A DNA stretch of 25,762 nucleotides. It comes from Bacillota bacterium (GTDB taxonomy: Bacteria > Bacillota_I > Bacilli_A > RFN20 > CAG-826). The stretch lies in the NCBI GenBank assembly GCA_016872075.1, contig VHBF01000001.1, forward strand, positions 1-25,762, given 5' to 3'. The position numbers and the translations under genes are program-made. Of this stretch, positions 18,227-25,762 are shown in pieces; position 1 is the stretch's first letter; the number at the start of each line of letters is the position of its first letter. The notes under the pieces were generated by a model. The model did no database searches. It had not been told where the DNA came from and was given only the letters and a program-made list of their open reading frames with translations.

Positions 18227-19162
18227 ATGACCATTAAAACGAATGTCACTAAAAAATGGATTGATCAATTGGTTGAAAAAATTCTTTTTTTTATGGCGTT
18301 ATTATCAGCCTCATTTATCGTCATGGTTGTCATCGTCATTATCGAAAGAGGGTTATCGCCTTTTTTTTCAGATAACGATGGTTTAGGTCAAGTTAACTTA
18401 TTAAGATTTTTAACTGGCATTGTTTATTTGGATGGCCCCACGTTTGCTTCTAATGCTTATGGCATTGGTTATTTGATAATCAGTACGCTTTATATTGCTT
18501 TACTGAGTTTATTGATTGCGATGCCCATCTCTATCTTTTCAGCACTATTTATTGCCAAGATTGCCCCTAAACCGTTAGGCAATACCTTAAGAACTGTAAC
18601 GGAAATTCTTGCCGCGATACCTTCGATTGTTTATGGGTTGTTTGGCGCGGGTGTCATCTTGGATTTGGTTTATAACTTATCTCTGATTGTTGGGGTTCAA
18701 TCCTCTGCAGGATTTTCAGTGTTATCCACGGTGATTGTTTTGGCAATTATGATTATTCCCACCATGACGGTCATTGCCGAAGTGGCAATTCGTGCGGTTC
18801 AAAAAGAATTAATCCATGGTTCATTAGCATTGGGTGCTACGCCTACGCAAACAAACTTTAAAGTCGTTTTGGCCTCAGCAAAATCGGGTATCTTTACAGC
18901 GGCAATCCTTGGAGTAGGCAGAGCCTTAGGTGAGGCAACGGCTGTTAGTTTAGTCGCTGGTTCTAGACGTTCGGGCATTTCATTTGCCTTATTTGAAACC
19001 ACAGCTACACTGACATCAACGATGTTACAAGGGATGAAAGAAACGGTTGGTTTAGATTACACGATTCGCTTTTCGATTGGATTAGTCTTAATGGTAATTA
19101 TTTTGCTCGTTAACTTTATTTTAAACTTCGTTAAATCAAAGGTTGGTCGAGTTCATGTCTAA
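18227..19162 (+). CDS. pstC: Phosphate ABC transporter permease PstC
   Basis: EILAAIPSIVYGLFG, MIIPT, GSLALGATPTQT, GVGRALGEATAV, TATLTS. Confidence 0.95.
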   Translation: MTIKTNVTKKWIDQLVEKILFFMALLSASFIVMVVIVIIERGLSPFFSDNDGLGQVNLLRFLTGIVYLDGPTFASNAYGIGYLIISTLYIALLSLLIAMPISIFSALFIAKIAPKPLGNTLRTVTEILAAIPSIVYGLFGAGVILDLVYNLSLIVGVQSSAGFSVLSTVIVLAIMIIPTMTVIAEVAIRAVQKELIHGSLALGATPTQTNFKVVLASAKSGIFTAAILGVGRALGEATAVSLVAGSRRSGISFALFETTATLTSTMLQGMKETVGLDYTIRFSIGLVLMVIILLVNFILNFVKSKVGRVHV

Positions 19163-20375
19163 ATTTAGTTTCCGATATGTCATCGATGCTTTATTACAAG
19201 GTATTACTTTTTTATTTTCATCGATTTCATTTTTGACCTTAGGCGCGATTCTAGTGTTTGTATTTAATCAAGGATGGTCATTAGTTAACATTGATTTGAT
19301 TCGCTATCCATACGAATCGACTACCATTTTGGGAGCACCCCTCGAAGATCAAAATGAATTTTGTTTATGTGAACCCAACATTACACTTGATCCTGAGGTT
19401 TTTTATTCAAATAAATGGGGTGTTGGTTTTTCACAAGGGCAAGATTTATTAGGCCAAGCGACAGTTCAACTAGCCTACATTCACCCCAATTCACCCATAA
19501 GTTCTTTAACAAATAAAGGAATTGAAGGGAATGAATTTGTCTTATTACCTGAATATTTAATTCAAAAAATTTCTTATAATGACCGTTCTACTTCATTGGC
19601 GAGACGCGGTGTTGAAAGAATGATTAATGAACTCGAATCCTCTAATTCAATTTATGAAATTGAAGTCATTACCAAAGGTGGTGGCATCGGCGGTTCGATT
19701 ATTACCACGCTATGGTTGATTGGTTTAACCTTAATCATTGCCATTCCAATTGGGGTTGGGGCTGCCTTATATTTGAATGAATACGCCAAACACTCTCAAT
19801 TCGCGAACGCAATTCGTTCGTTCATCGAAACGTTAACCGGGGTCCCTTCTATTATTTTTGGATTGCTAGGGGTGGCGATTTTTATTCCACTTACGGTTGC
19901 AACTACCAATGCCACTGGTGGTAATTTAATTTCTGGGGCGTTGACCCTTTCTGTCATTTTATTACCGATTGTGATTCGCACCACCGAAGAAAGTCTTAAA
20001 GTCGTGCCGATGGATTACCGTAACGCTTCATTAGCGTTGGGTGCGTCTCGAACTCAAACCACATTTAAAGTCGTGATTCCTAATGCCCTTCCTGGCATTT
20101 TAGCGGCAGTATTACTTGGGATTGGTCGAATTGTCGGCGAATCTGCGGCGTTGATCTTTGCCATCGGTTCGATTGTGAGGGATGAGATTACTTTAACGGA
20201 TAAATCCACTTCTTTGGCAGTGCATATTTATTCGATGATGACTGATGAACCTGCCAATATTGAACTATCTTCAACGATTGCCATTATCATCTTGGCAATT
20301 GTGTTAGTCCTTAACTTATTGATTAAATTCATTTCCAGCAAGATTATGAAAGGCAAACTCGGAGGAGTAATCTAA
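19155..20375 (+). CDS. pstA: Phosphate ABC transporter permease PstA with a ~125-aa extracytoplasmic insertion
   Basis: [70 protein letters not shown]; start at ATG 19155, overlapping the pstC stop. Confidence 0.93.
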   Translation: MSKFSFRYVIDALLQGITFLFSSISFLTLGAILVFVFNQGWSLVNIDLIRYPYESTTILGAPLEDQNEFCLCEPNITLDPEVFYSNKWGVGFSQGQDLLGQATVQLAYIHPNSPISSLTNKGIEGNEFVLLPEYLIQKISYNDRSTSLARRGVERMINELESSNSIYEIEVITKGGGIGGSIITTLWLIGLTLIIAIPIGVGAALYLNEYAKHSQFANAIRSFIETLTGVPSIIFGLLGVAIFIPLTVATTNATGGNLISGALTLSVILLPIVIRTTEESLKVVPMDYRNASLALGASRTQTTFKVVIPNALPGILAAVLLGIGRIVGESAALIFAIGSIVRDEITLTDKSTSLAVHIYSMMTDEPANIELSSTIAIIILAIVLVLNLLIKFISSKIMKGKLGGVI

Positions 20376-21130
20376 TGAAAAAAGTATTTGATACCCAGAA
20401 CCTGTCTTTATTTTATGGGAAAAACCAAGCGTTAAAAAACATTAATCTTTCGATTTTTGAAAAAAGCGTGACCGCACTTATCGGTCCTTCTGGATGTGGA
20501 AAATCCACATTTTTAAGAACGTTAAATCGGATGAATGATTTGATACCTGATGTTAGCATCCAAGGTGGAGTTTGGTTTGGTGATATTTCAATTTATGATC
20601 AAAAGACAGACGTCATTGATATTCGCAAGCGTATCGGCATGGTGTTTCAAAAACCCAATCCATTCCCCATGAGTATTTATGACAATGTCGCGTATGGCCC
20701 AAGGTGCCAACGAAATTATTCTAAAAAAGAAATGGATGCACTCGTAAAAGAGGCATTGGTAAAGTCCGCTTTATACGAAGAAGTGAAGGATCGATTACAG
20801 CGTTCAGCGCTTGAATTATCAGGTGGTCAACAACAAAGACTATGTATCGCACGAGCATTAGCTATGAATCCCGAAGTGTTGTTAATGGATGAACCTACCT
20901 CAGCGCTCGATCCAATTGCCACTGCCAAAATTGAAGAGTTGATTGTCGAATTAAAGAAAAACTATACTATAGTAATCGTAACCCATTCCATGCAACAAGC
21001 CGCCCGTATTTCTGATCAAACCGCCTTCTTCTTACTTGGTGACCTTATTGAAGTAGAAGAAACAAAAACATTCTTCGCAACACCGAAAGATCCCCGTTCA
21101 GAAAGTTATATTACCGGAAGGTTTGGATAG
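20375..21130 (+). CDS. pstB: Phosphate ABC transporter ATP-binding protein
   Basis: [67 protein letters not shown]. Confidence 0.97.
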   Translation: MKKVFDTQNLSLFYGKNQALKNINLSIFEKSVTALIGPSGCGKSTFLRTLNRMNDLIPDVSIQGGVWFGDISIYDQKTDVIDIRKRIGMVFQKPNPFPMSIYDNVAYGPRCQRNYSKKEMDALVKEALVKSALYEEVKDRLQRSALELSGGQQQRLCIARALAMNPEVLLMDEPTSALDPIATAKIEELIVELKKNYTIVIVTHSMQQAARISDQTAFFLLGDLIEVEETKTFFATPKDPRSESYITGRFG

Positions 21131-21138
21131 GAGTAAAT

Positions 21139-21780
21139 ATGACCACTTTAATTGAAACAGAAATTAGAGAAATAGAAAAAAATCTCAAAGAGATGATTGA
21201 TTTAGTGTTGTCGATGCACCGCGACGCTAAGAAAGCGTTAGAGACCAATGATACAAAATTAGCCATTCAAATTATTAAACGTGATGAGCAAGTTAATAAT
21301 CTAGACGAATTGATCAATGAATCAGTGCTTTCATTTTTAGCAACGCAAGCCCCTGTTGCGAGGGATTTACGTTCTGCTATCGCGATGATTCGGGTTGCCA
21401 ACGATGTGGAGCGCATTGGGGATTATGCGAAAACAATCTCTGAATTTATTATTTTAACCAAGCCACTCTATGATCCATTCAAGTTATATATCAATGATAT
21501 GTTTGATGATTTTATGAAAATGTTTCAAATGGCGACGAGTTTATTTTTTAAACCCGTTTTGGAAGAATCTTATACCATTGCCGCCCAAGATCAATTTATT
21601 GACGCCAAACTCAAAAAAGCGTTTCATGAAATTCCTAAAGTGGTCAATACTACCAACGTCATGAGTTTATTAGATACCTTTAACATCATTCGTACCCTCG
21701 AGAGAGCGGGAGATCATACGAAAAATATTTGTGAAGCCGTCATCTTTAAATTAAAAGGGAAAAAAATCGATTTAGGTTAA
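21139..21780 (+). CDS. phoU: Phosphate signalling protein PhoU
   Basis: QAPVARDLR, DVERIGDYA, LERAGDHTKNICE; two PhoU repeats; SD AGGAG. Confidence 0.95.
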   Translation: MTTLIETEIREIEKNLKEMIDLVLSMHRDAKKALETNDTKLAIQIIKRDEQVNNLDELINESVLSFLATQAPVARDLRSAIAMIRVANDVERIGDYAKTISEFIILTKPLYDPFKLYINDMFDDFMKMFQMATSLFFKPVLEESYTIAAQDQFIDAKLKKAFHEIPKVVNTTNVMSLLDTFNIIRTLERAGDHTKNICEAVIFKLKGKKIDLG

Positions 21781-21908
21781 ACTTAACAATTCGATATTTT
21801 GCGATAAATAAACACCGAATTTGGTGGTTATTATAGTTCCCATCATTCTTTGGTTTTCAACCCCCCAATCATCGCTATAATAATGAAAGATTTAAAGGAG
21901 ATGAGATC

Positions 21909-22532
21909 ATGCGTATTGGGATTTTAGGACCGATAGGTTCAGGTAAGTCAACACTCGCGAAAATGCTCGCTGATTATTATAAATATCCATTATTAGAAGA
22001 ACCGGTAGAAAAGAATCCATATTTACCTTATTTTTATGAAGATAAAGAAACCTTTGCCCTCCTCTCTCAAAATGCTTTTTATAGTGCCTTATTCCTCTTG
22101 ATGTGGAAAACCAAAGACCTGCCTCACGTCATCTGTGATTCCACCTTGTATTCCAATCTTGTGTTTGCCGAAATGTTAAGACTGGAAGGATTTATGAGTG
22201 CCACCGAAGTGGCATTAACGTATGCAATTGCCGATGCTCACCTAAAACGTCTTCCCGATCTCGACATGCAAGTGGTATTGATGAGACCCAAAGATGAATT
22301 ATTCCGCTATGTGAGAAAACGTGGTAGAACGATTGAAAAAGGCCAAGAAGATTACTTAAACTTTCACTATGACAACTATTATGATGTTTTAAATCGCATT
22401 TTTAAAAATTATAAAGTCGACAAGAATAAAGTCTTATTTTTAGAACTGGGTGATATCAATGATCCCAAAGAATTTGAAAGAGTTAGATTAAAAATAGAAG
22501 CCGCTCATAAGCTGGCGATGAAAAAGAAGTAA
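21909..22532 (+). CDS. Deoxynucleoside kinase (dCK/dGK/dAK family)
   Basis: GPIGSGKSTL, EEPVEKNPYLPYFY, PDL, RKRGRTIE; DST replaces the usual DRS/ERS motif; SD AAGGAG. Confidence 0.85.
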   Translation: MRIGILGPIGSGKSTLAKMLADYYKYPLLEEPVEKNPYLPYFYEDKETFALLSQNAFYSALFLLMWKTKDLPHVICDSTLYSNLVFAEMLRLEGFMSATEVALTYAIADAHLKRLPDLDMQVVLMRPKDELFRYVRKRGRTIEKGQEDYLNFHYDNYYDVLNRIFKNYKVDKNKVLFLELGDINDPKEFERVRLKIEAAHKLAMKKK

Positions 22533-22544
22533 TTACTTCTTTTT
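22521..22544. repeat. 24-bp perfect palindrome formed by the abutting 3' ends of the dNK gene and udk
   Basis: AAAAAGAAGTAA|TTACTTCTTTTT, with the two stop codons at the centre. Confidence 0.85.
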
Positions 22545-23180
22545 TTTCTTTTCTGCTTGATGAAATTCAGATACTAGTGAGGCAACTTTGGTCAATAATA
22601 AGTCGGTTGCTTTTGGGTTAAATGCGCCTTCAGGAACGATAATATCCGCGTGGATTTTTGAGGGTTCGACAAATAAATCATGCATTGGTCTAACCGTTTG
22701 AAGATATTGGTTAGTAATGCTCTTAAAATTACGACCACGTTCTTCAATATCCCGTTTCACACGTCTTAAAACTCGAATATCAGCTGGAGTATCGACGTAA
22801 ATTTTAAAGTCTAACATCGTTAATAATGCAGGGATTGCAAACGTTAGAATTCCTTCAACGATAATCACAGGAGCAGGGCTTGTTTTAATCGTTGCATTCG
22901 CTCGAAGATGGTTTTTGAAATCGTAAGTCGGTTGTGGAATGGCAGTGCCGTTTTTTAAAGCATTTAATTGTTCGAGAATTAACGTTACATCAAAAGCATC
23001 GGGATGATCGTAATTGAGCGCCGCTCTTTTTTCAAAATTTAAATCGGTACGATTACGATAATAATTATCCAAACGAATAATCACCGCATTCCCGTTACCT
23101 GATTCAGAGAGTAAGACATCTGCCAAGGTTGTTTTACCTGATGCAGTGCCGCCAGCAATCCCAATGATGATTCGTTCCAT
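22533..23180 (-). CDS. udk: Uridine kinase
   Basis: IGIAGGTASGKTT, DNYY, NYDHPDAFD, YDFKNHLR, IIVEGIL, RVLRRVKRDIEERGR, VRPMHDLFVEPSK. Confidence 0.96.
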   Translation of the reverse strand: MERIIIGIAGGTASGKTTLADVLLSESGNGNAVIIRLDNYYRNRTDLNFEKRAALNYDHPDAFDVTLILEQLNALKNGTAIPQPTYDFKNHLRANATIKTSPAPVIIVEGILTFAIPALLTMLDFKIYVDTPADIRVLRRVKRDIEERGRNFKSITNQYLQTVRPMHDLFVEPSKIHADIIVPEGAFNPKATDLLLTKVASLVSEFHQAEKKKKK

Positions 23181-23217
23181 TGTTGATAATCATAAATAAA
23201 AAAGGTCATCGTTTCAA
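23181..23217 (-). promoter_or_regulatory. Sigma-A promoter of udk embedded in the upstream terminator
   Basis: TTGAAA (23217-23212), exactly 17 nt, TATGAT (23194-23189), 8 nt, ATG 23180; no SD. Confidence 0.6.
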
Positions 23218-23232
23218 TTAAAAGATGACCTT
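23198..23232 (-). terminator. Rho-independent terminator after the Pro-rich small ORF
   Basis: Minus strand AAGGTCATC...GATGACCTT 9-bp stem whose 3' end runs into a U6 tract. Confidence 0.75.
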
Positions 23233-23256
23233 AGAATTGTTAAGAAATAAAGTGGA

Positions 23257-23394
23257 TTAACCGCCACGACCGCCCGGACGTCTGGTCATTGGTTTTGGCA
23301 TGGTGACAGGTGGGCGATTGCCAACTGGTTTTGGTTGATTAGGTACAAACGGAGTTTTGTTACCTTTCATCGGTGGAATAAATGGTTTTGGCAT
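23257..23394 (-). CDS. Unannotated 45-aa proline-rich, cationic small protein
   Basis: MPKPFIPPMKGNKTPFVPNQPKPVGNRPPVTMPKPMTRRPGGRGG*. SD AAGGA upstream of ATG 23394; starts 16 nt after the upstream stop; followed by a terminator. Below the ORF-track length cutoff. Confidence 0.75.
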   Translation of the reverse strand: MPKPFIPPMKGNKTPFVPNQPKPVGNRPPVTMPKPMTRRPGGRGG

Positions 23395-23410
23395 AATGAT
23401 TTCCTTAATT

Positions 23411-24058
23411 TTATTCTACATTAATTTGCGATAAATAGTGAGCAGTAATCGATTCAAGTGCATCGGCGATGGGGTTAATGGTTTCTGAAGCCGTACCAGC
23501 GGCAACGGTTTCATTTGCAGAAATCATAATTTCCCAAGCGTTAGCATAAACGGCAGCCTTTCCCTTTAAATCATTTTTAAGTGCATTAATAATGATGTCA
23601 CCAAAGTTTCCGTGTTCTCGGTCCTCAACCCCTTGAAAACCCAAGTAAATGGAATTAGCCAACCCCACTCTAAAACGGTTGGAGTTTCTTCCACCATTGC
23701 CATCGACTAAGGCTTCGTAAACAAACCCGTAAAAACTACCATCTAGATTAAATACTCTTTGGACTTCAATTACTTTAGTTGACGTTAAGTTTTGGGTTAA
23801 ATTTTCACTTACCGAATAGAACTGAGTCAGGGTTGCACCACCCATTGCAATTGACCATTTAGAATTTAAGGTGACGATTGTACTCGTCGCAGGAATCGAT
23901 GATGAGTTGACTTCACTTGATTGAATTTCGTTTGAACTGGTCGAAATGATAACGGTTGAAGTTGTGAATGCCACTGATGAAGACATCACATCAGATGAAG
24001 AAGTAGCACAACCCACGAGTGCGATACCGATGGCAACAAGGCGAATTGGTTTTAGCAT
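23411..24058 (-). CDS. Lipoprotein with a Ser/Thr-rich tether and an RnfG/FMN-bind-like C-terminal domain
   Basis: SD GGGAG before ATG 24058; lipobox LVGC; GFVYEALVDGNGG...RVGL...GFQGVEDREHGNFG...LKGK aligns by eye with RnfG-type FMN-bind domains. Confidence 0.6.
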   Translation of the reverse strand: MLKPIRLVAIGIALVGCATSSSDVMSSSVAFTTSTVIISTSSNEIQSSEVNSSSIPATSTIVTLNSKWSIAMGGATLTQFYSVSENLTQNLTSTKVIEVQRVFNLDGSFYGFVYEALVDGNGGRNSNRFRVGLANSIYLGFQGVEDREHGNFGDIIINALKNDLKGKAAVYANAWEIMISANETVAAGTASETINPIADALESITAHYLSQINVE

Positions 24059-24168
24059 AACAATCTTCTCCCTTTTTAAACTGAACTTCGATTGTAAATT
24101 CATAGAAATATGTGTCAGTTGCGTTTATTATATGTATTAAGGAAAAATAACGCATCTAAAATGCTTTT

Positions 24169-24597
24169 ATGATAAAAAAAGACCTAATTGAAAAACTAAA
24201 ATCACACTATATAACGATGATCGCGGAAAAAAATTTTGATCACTTTATCAATCCGCGAATTATCAAACTCGAAGATGGTGAAGCGGAAGTGCATTGGCAA
24301 GCGAAACCGGATCATTTAAACCGATTCGGTGCTGTTCATGGTGGTGCGTTAGCAGGTTTGATTGATACCGTGGCCGCCATTGCATCACTCACCAAAATGA
24401 AAAGGATTGTCACCATTGAATTAAATGTGTCGTATATCAAGGCTGCGAATATCTCTACTCACATCATCGCCAAAGGAAAAGTGATTCATGCTGGTCGGTC
24501 TTTACTAAGAACTTCTGTGGAATTAATGAATGCTGAAGGCGACATCTTAACCAAAGGCAATCTTACTTTTTTTGTTTTAGGAGATTTAACATTATGA
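24169..24597 (+). CDS. PaaI-family thioesterase (hotdog fold)
   Basis: HLNRFGAVHGGALAGLID, VTIELNVSYIK, VIHAGRS; preceded by TAAAAT (24157-24162), 6 nt, ATG. Confidence 0.9.
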   Translation: MIKKDLIEKLKSHYITMIAEKNFDHFINPRIIKLEDGEAEVHWQAKPDHLNRFGAVHGGALAGLIDTVAAIASLTKMKRIVTIELNVSYIKAANISTHIIAKGKVIHAGRSLLRTSVELMNAEGDILTKGNLTFFVLGDLTL

Positions 24598-25589
24598 GCA
24601 CAAAACCCTTACCATTAGGTGGCATTCATCACGTCACCGCGATTACGTCATCTGCGAATGAAATCTATCAATTTTTCACGAGAGTCCTTGGTTTAAGGTT
24701 AGTAAAAAAAACCGTCAATCAAGATGACATTCGCGCTTATCATCTTTTCTTTGCAGACGATCGCGGTAATCCTGGAACCGATATGACGTTCTTTGATTTT
24801 GCTAAATCTCCAAAAGCCGTCCGTGGCACAAATGAAATTTATCGGACTTCGTTCCGAGTGAAAGATGACCAAAGTTTAGCGTATTGGTTAAAACGTTTTC
24901 AACGTTATCAAGTTAAACATGAACCGATCAAAACGATGTTCGGTCGTAAATGGCTAAATTTTATGGATTTTGATGAACAAATGTATACCTTGGTGTCTGA
25001 TGAAAAAATTCCAGGGGTTGCTGCCGGAGAACCTTGGCATCTTGGTCCAGTGCCTGATGAATTTGCCATTATTGGTCTCGGGCCAATTTTTATTCGCGTG
25101 AATGAATGGGAATTGATGCATCGACAATTAACCCAAGTGATGGGTTTAACCTTGATTCTGAAAGAAGTATCGATGTCACTATACGAAATGACACCCAAAG
25201 GAAATGGCGCTGGTGTCGTGATTGATTATCAACGGATGATGGGGCAAGCCATTCAAGGGTATGGCAGTGTTCACCATGTTGCATTCAGAATCAAAGATAG
25301 AGAAGAACTCGATGAATGGCGAGTGCATTTACTGCAAAATCAAATTCCCAATTCAGGATTTGTGGATCGATACTATTTCCAATCACTTTATGCGCGCATC
25401 TATCCCAAAGTTCTCTTTGAATTTGCCACTGATGGACCTGGTTTTATTGATGAAGAAGAACCTTATGAAACCTTAGGAGAAGCGTTGTCAATTCCTCCGC
25501 ATTTAAAAATAAAAAGTGATTTAATCAAACAAATGATTAAACAATTGAATACCAAAAGAAGTGGGTTTGTTTTTCCTAAAGAATATTGA
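24594..25589 (+). CDS. Ring-cleaving dioxygenase, VOC/glyoxalase family (MhqA/MhqO-like)
   Basis: GIHHVTAI, LVKKTVNQDD, YHLFFAD, GTDMTFF, GSVHHVAFR, VDRYYFQSLY, LFEFATDGPGF. Confidence 0.92.
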   Translation: MSTKPLPLGGIHHVTAITSSANEIYQFFTRVLGLRLVKKTVNQDDIRAYHLFFADDRGNPGTDMTFFDFAKSPKAVRGTNEIYRTSFRVKDDQSLAYWLKRFQRYQVKHEPIKTMFGRKWLNFMDFDEQMYTLVSDEKIPGVAAGEPWHLGPVPDEFAIIGLGPIFIRVNEWELMHRQLTQVMGLTLILKEVSMSLYEMTPKGNGAGVVIDYQRMMGQAIQGYGSVHHVAFRIKDREELDEWRVHLLQNQIPNSGFVDRYYFQSLYARIYPKVLFEFATDGPGFIDEEEPYETLGEALSIPPHLKIKSDLIKQMIKQLNTKRSGFVFPKEY

Positions 25590-25762
25590 TGAAACGTGCT
25601 AGGGTATTCATGCAAATCATGATTCCAGGCCTACTTGTTTTAAGTATGGTTTGTGTGTATTTGGCAATAATCTTCAAACCAAGTCCCAGAGAAATTTTTC
25701 GCTTAGCATTTAACCCGCTGAATGTAGAAACGAATGCAAATGTTGATGTCCTAGAGCAGACG
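25589..25762 (+). CDS. 5' part of a membrane-anchored or exported protein, truncated by window end
   Basis: ATG overlaps the upstream TGA; MKRARVFMQIMIPGLLVLSMVCVYLAIIFKPSPREIFRLAFNPLNVETNANVDVLEQT is open to the end; basic N-terminus plus one hydrophobic helix. Confidence 0.55.
   Translation, partial: MKRARVFMQIMIPGLLVLSMVCVYLAIIFKPSPREIFRLAFNPLNVETNANVDVLEQT

Noticed and set aside
21780-21850. Terminator after phoU (CACCGAATTTGGTG)
   Set aside because: Short imperfect stem with no convincing U tract.
23290-23322. Homology of GNRPPVTMPKP to apidaecin (GNNRPVYIPQP)
   Set aside because: The similarity is compositional in a low-complexity Pro-rich stretch; it is kept only as a functional analogy.
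23181-23394. pyrBI-like leader-peptide attenuation of udk by the 45-aa ORF
   Set aside because: The stop codon is about 25 nt before the hairpin, too far for a ribosome to block it, and udk has its own well-spaced -35/-10.
4895-24103. ORF-track starts at 4895, 15085, 17102, 19143 and 24103
   Set aside because: Downstream ATGs (4967, 15130, 17135, 19155, 24058) have SDs or stop overlaps and give family-typical N-termini or signal peptides.
671-25476. Short ORF-track entries lying inside or antisense to strong genes (e.g. 671-874, 881-1114, 3305-3490, 5250-5471, 10158-10494, 10704-11111, 14072-14275, 17772-18017, 24908-25476)
   Set aside because: Shadow ORFs with no recognisable motifs or ribosome-binding signals, overlapping well-supported genes.
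234-25589. Mycoplasma-type code 4 (TGA = Trp)
   Set aside because: TGA terminates fni, the ABC ATPase and the dioxygenase at ATGA/TTGA/TGATG-type overlaps; Trp is encoded by TGG throughout.

Overview
AT-rich, densely packed chromosomal segment, most likely from a reduced-genome Bacilli/Erysipelotrichales-like bacterium (inference from gene content and Ser-rich lipoproteins). It uses standard code 11: TGA ends fni, the nucleoside ABC ATPase and the dioxygenase. No mobile element, CRISPR, rRNA or tRNA was seen. Contents in order: end of a mevalonate/isoprenoid operon (phosphomevalonate kinase 3' end, fni, ispA); sua5 with a broken P-loop kinase and an orphan ORF; pyruvyl transferase and thiN; DUF998-like membrane protein, fabV and a nonsense-interrupted MarR regulator; 2-hydroxyacid dehydrogenase; arsC; a CatA-like acetyltransferase with an N-terminal frameshift; a BMP-type nucleoside ABC transporter; a complete phoP-phoR-pstSCAB-phoU locus; deoxynucleoside kinase and udk; an unannotated 45-aa Pro-rich peptide; an RnfG/FMN-bind-like lipoprotein; PaaI thioesterase; VOC dioxygenase; and a partial membrane-anchored ORF. 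Most notable observations: (i) the small cationic Pro-rich ORF missed by the ORF track; (ii) a PDZ-like extracellular insertion in PstA next to a circularly permuted PstS; (iii) a cat-like gene whose ATG reads a mini-ORF MKKMD* and needs a +1 shift in an A7 run; (iv) three disrupted genes within about 7 kb; (v) a recurring '-10 box, 6 nt, ATG' leaderless architecture at SD-less genes, sometimes next to or within strong hairpins.
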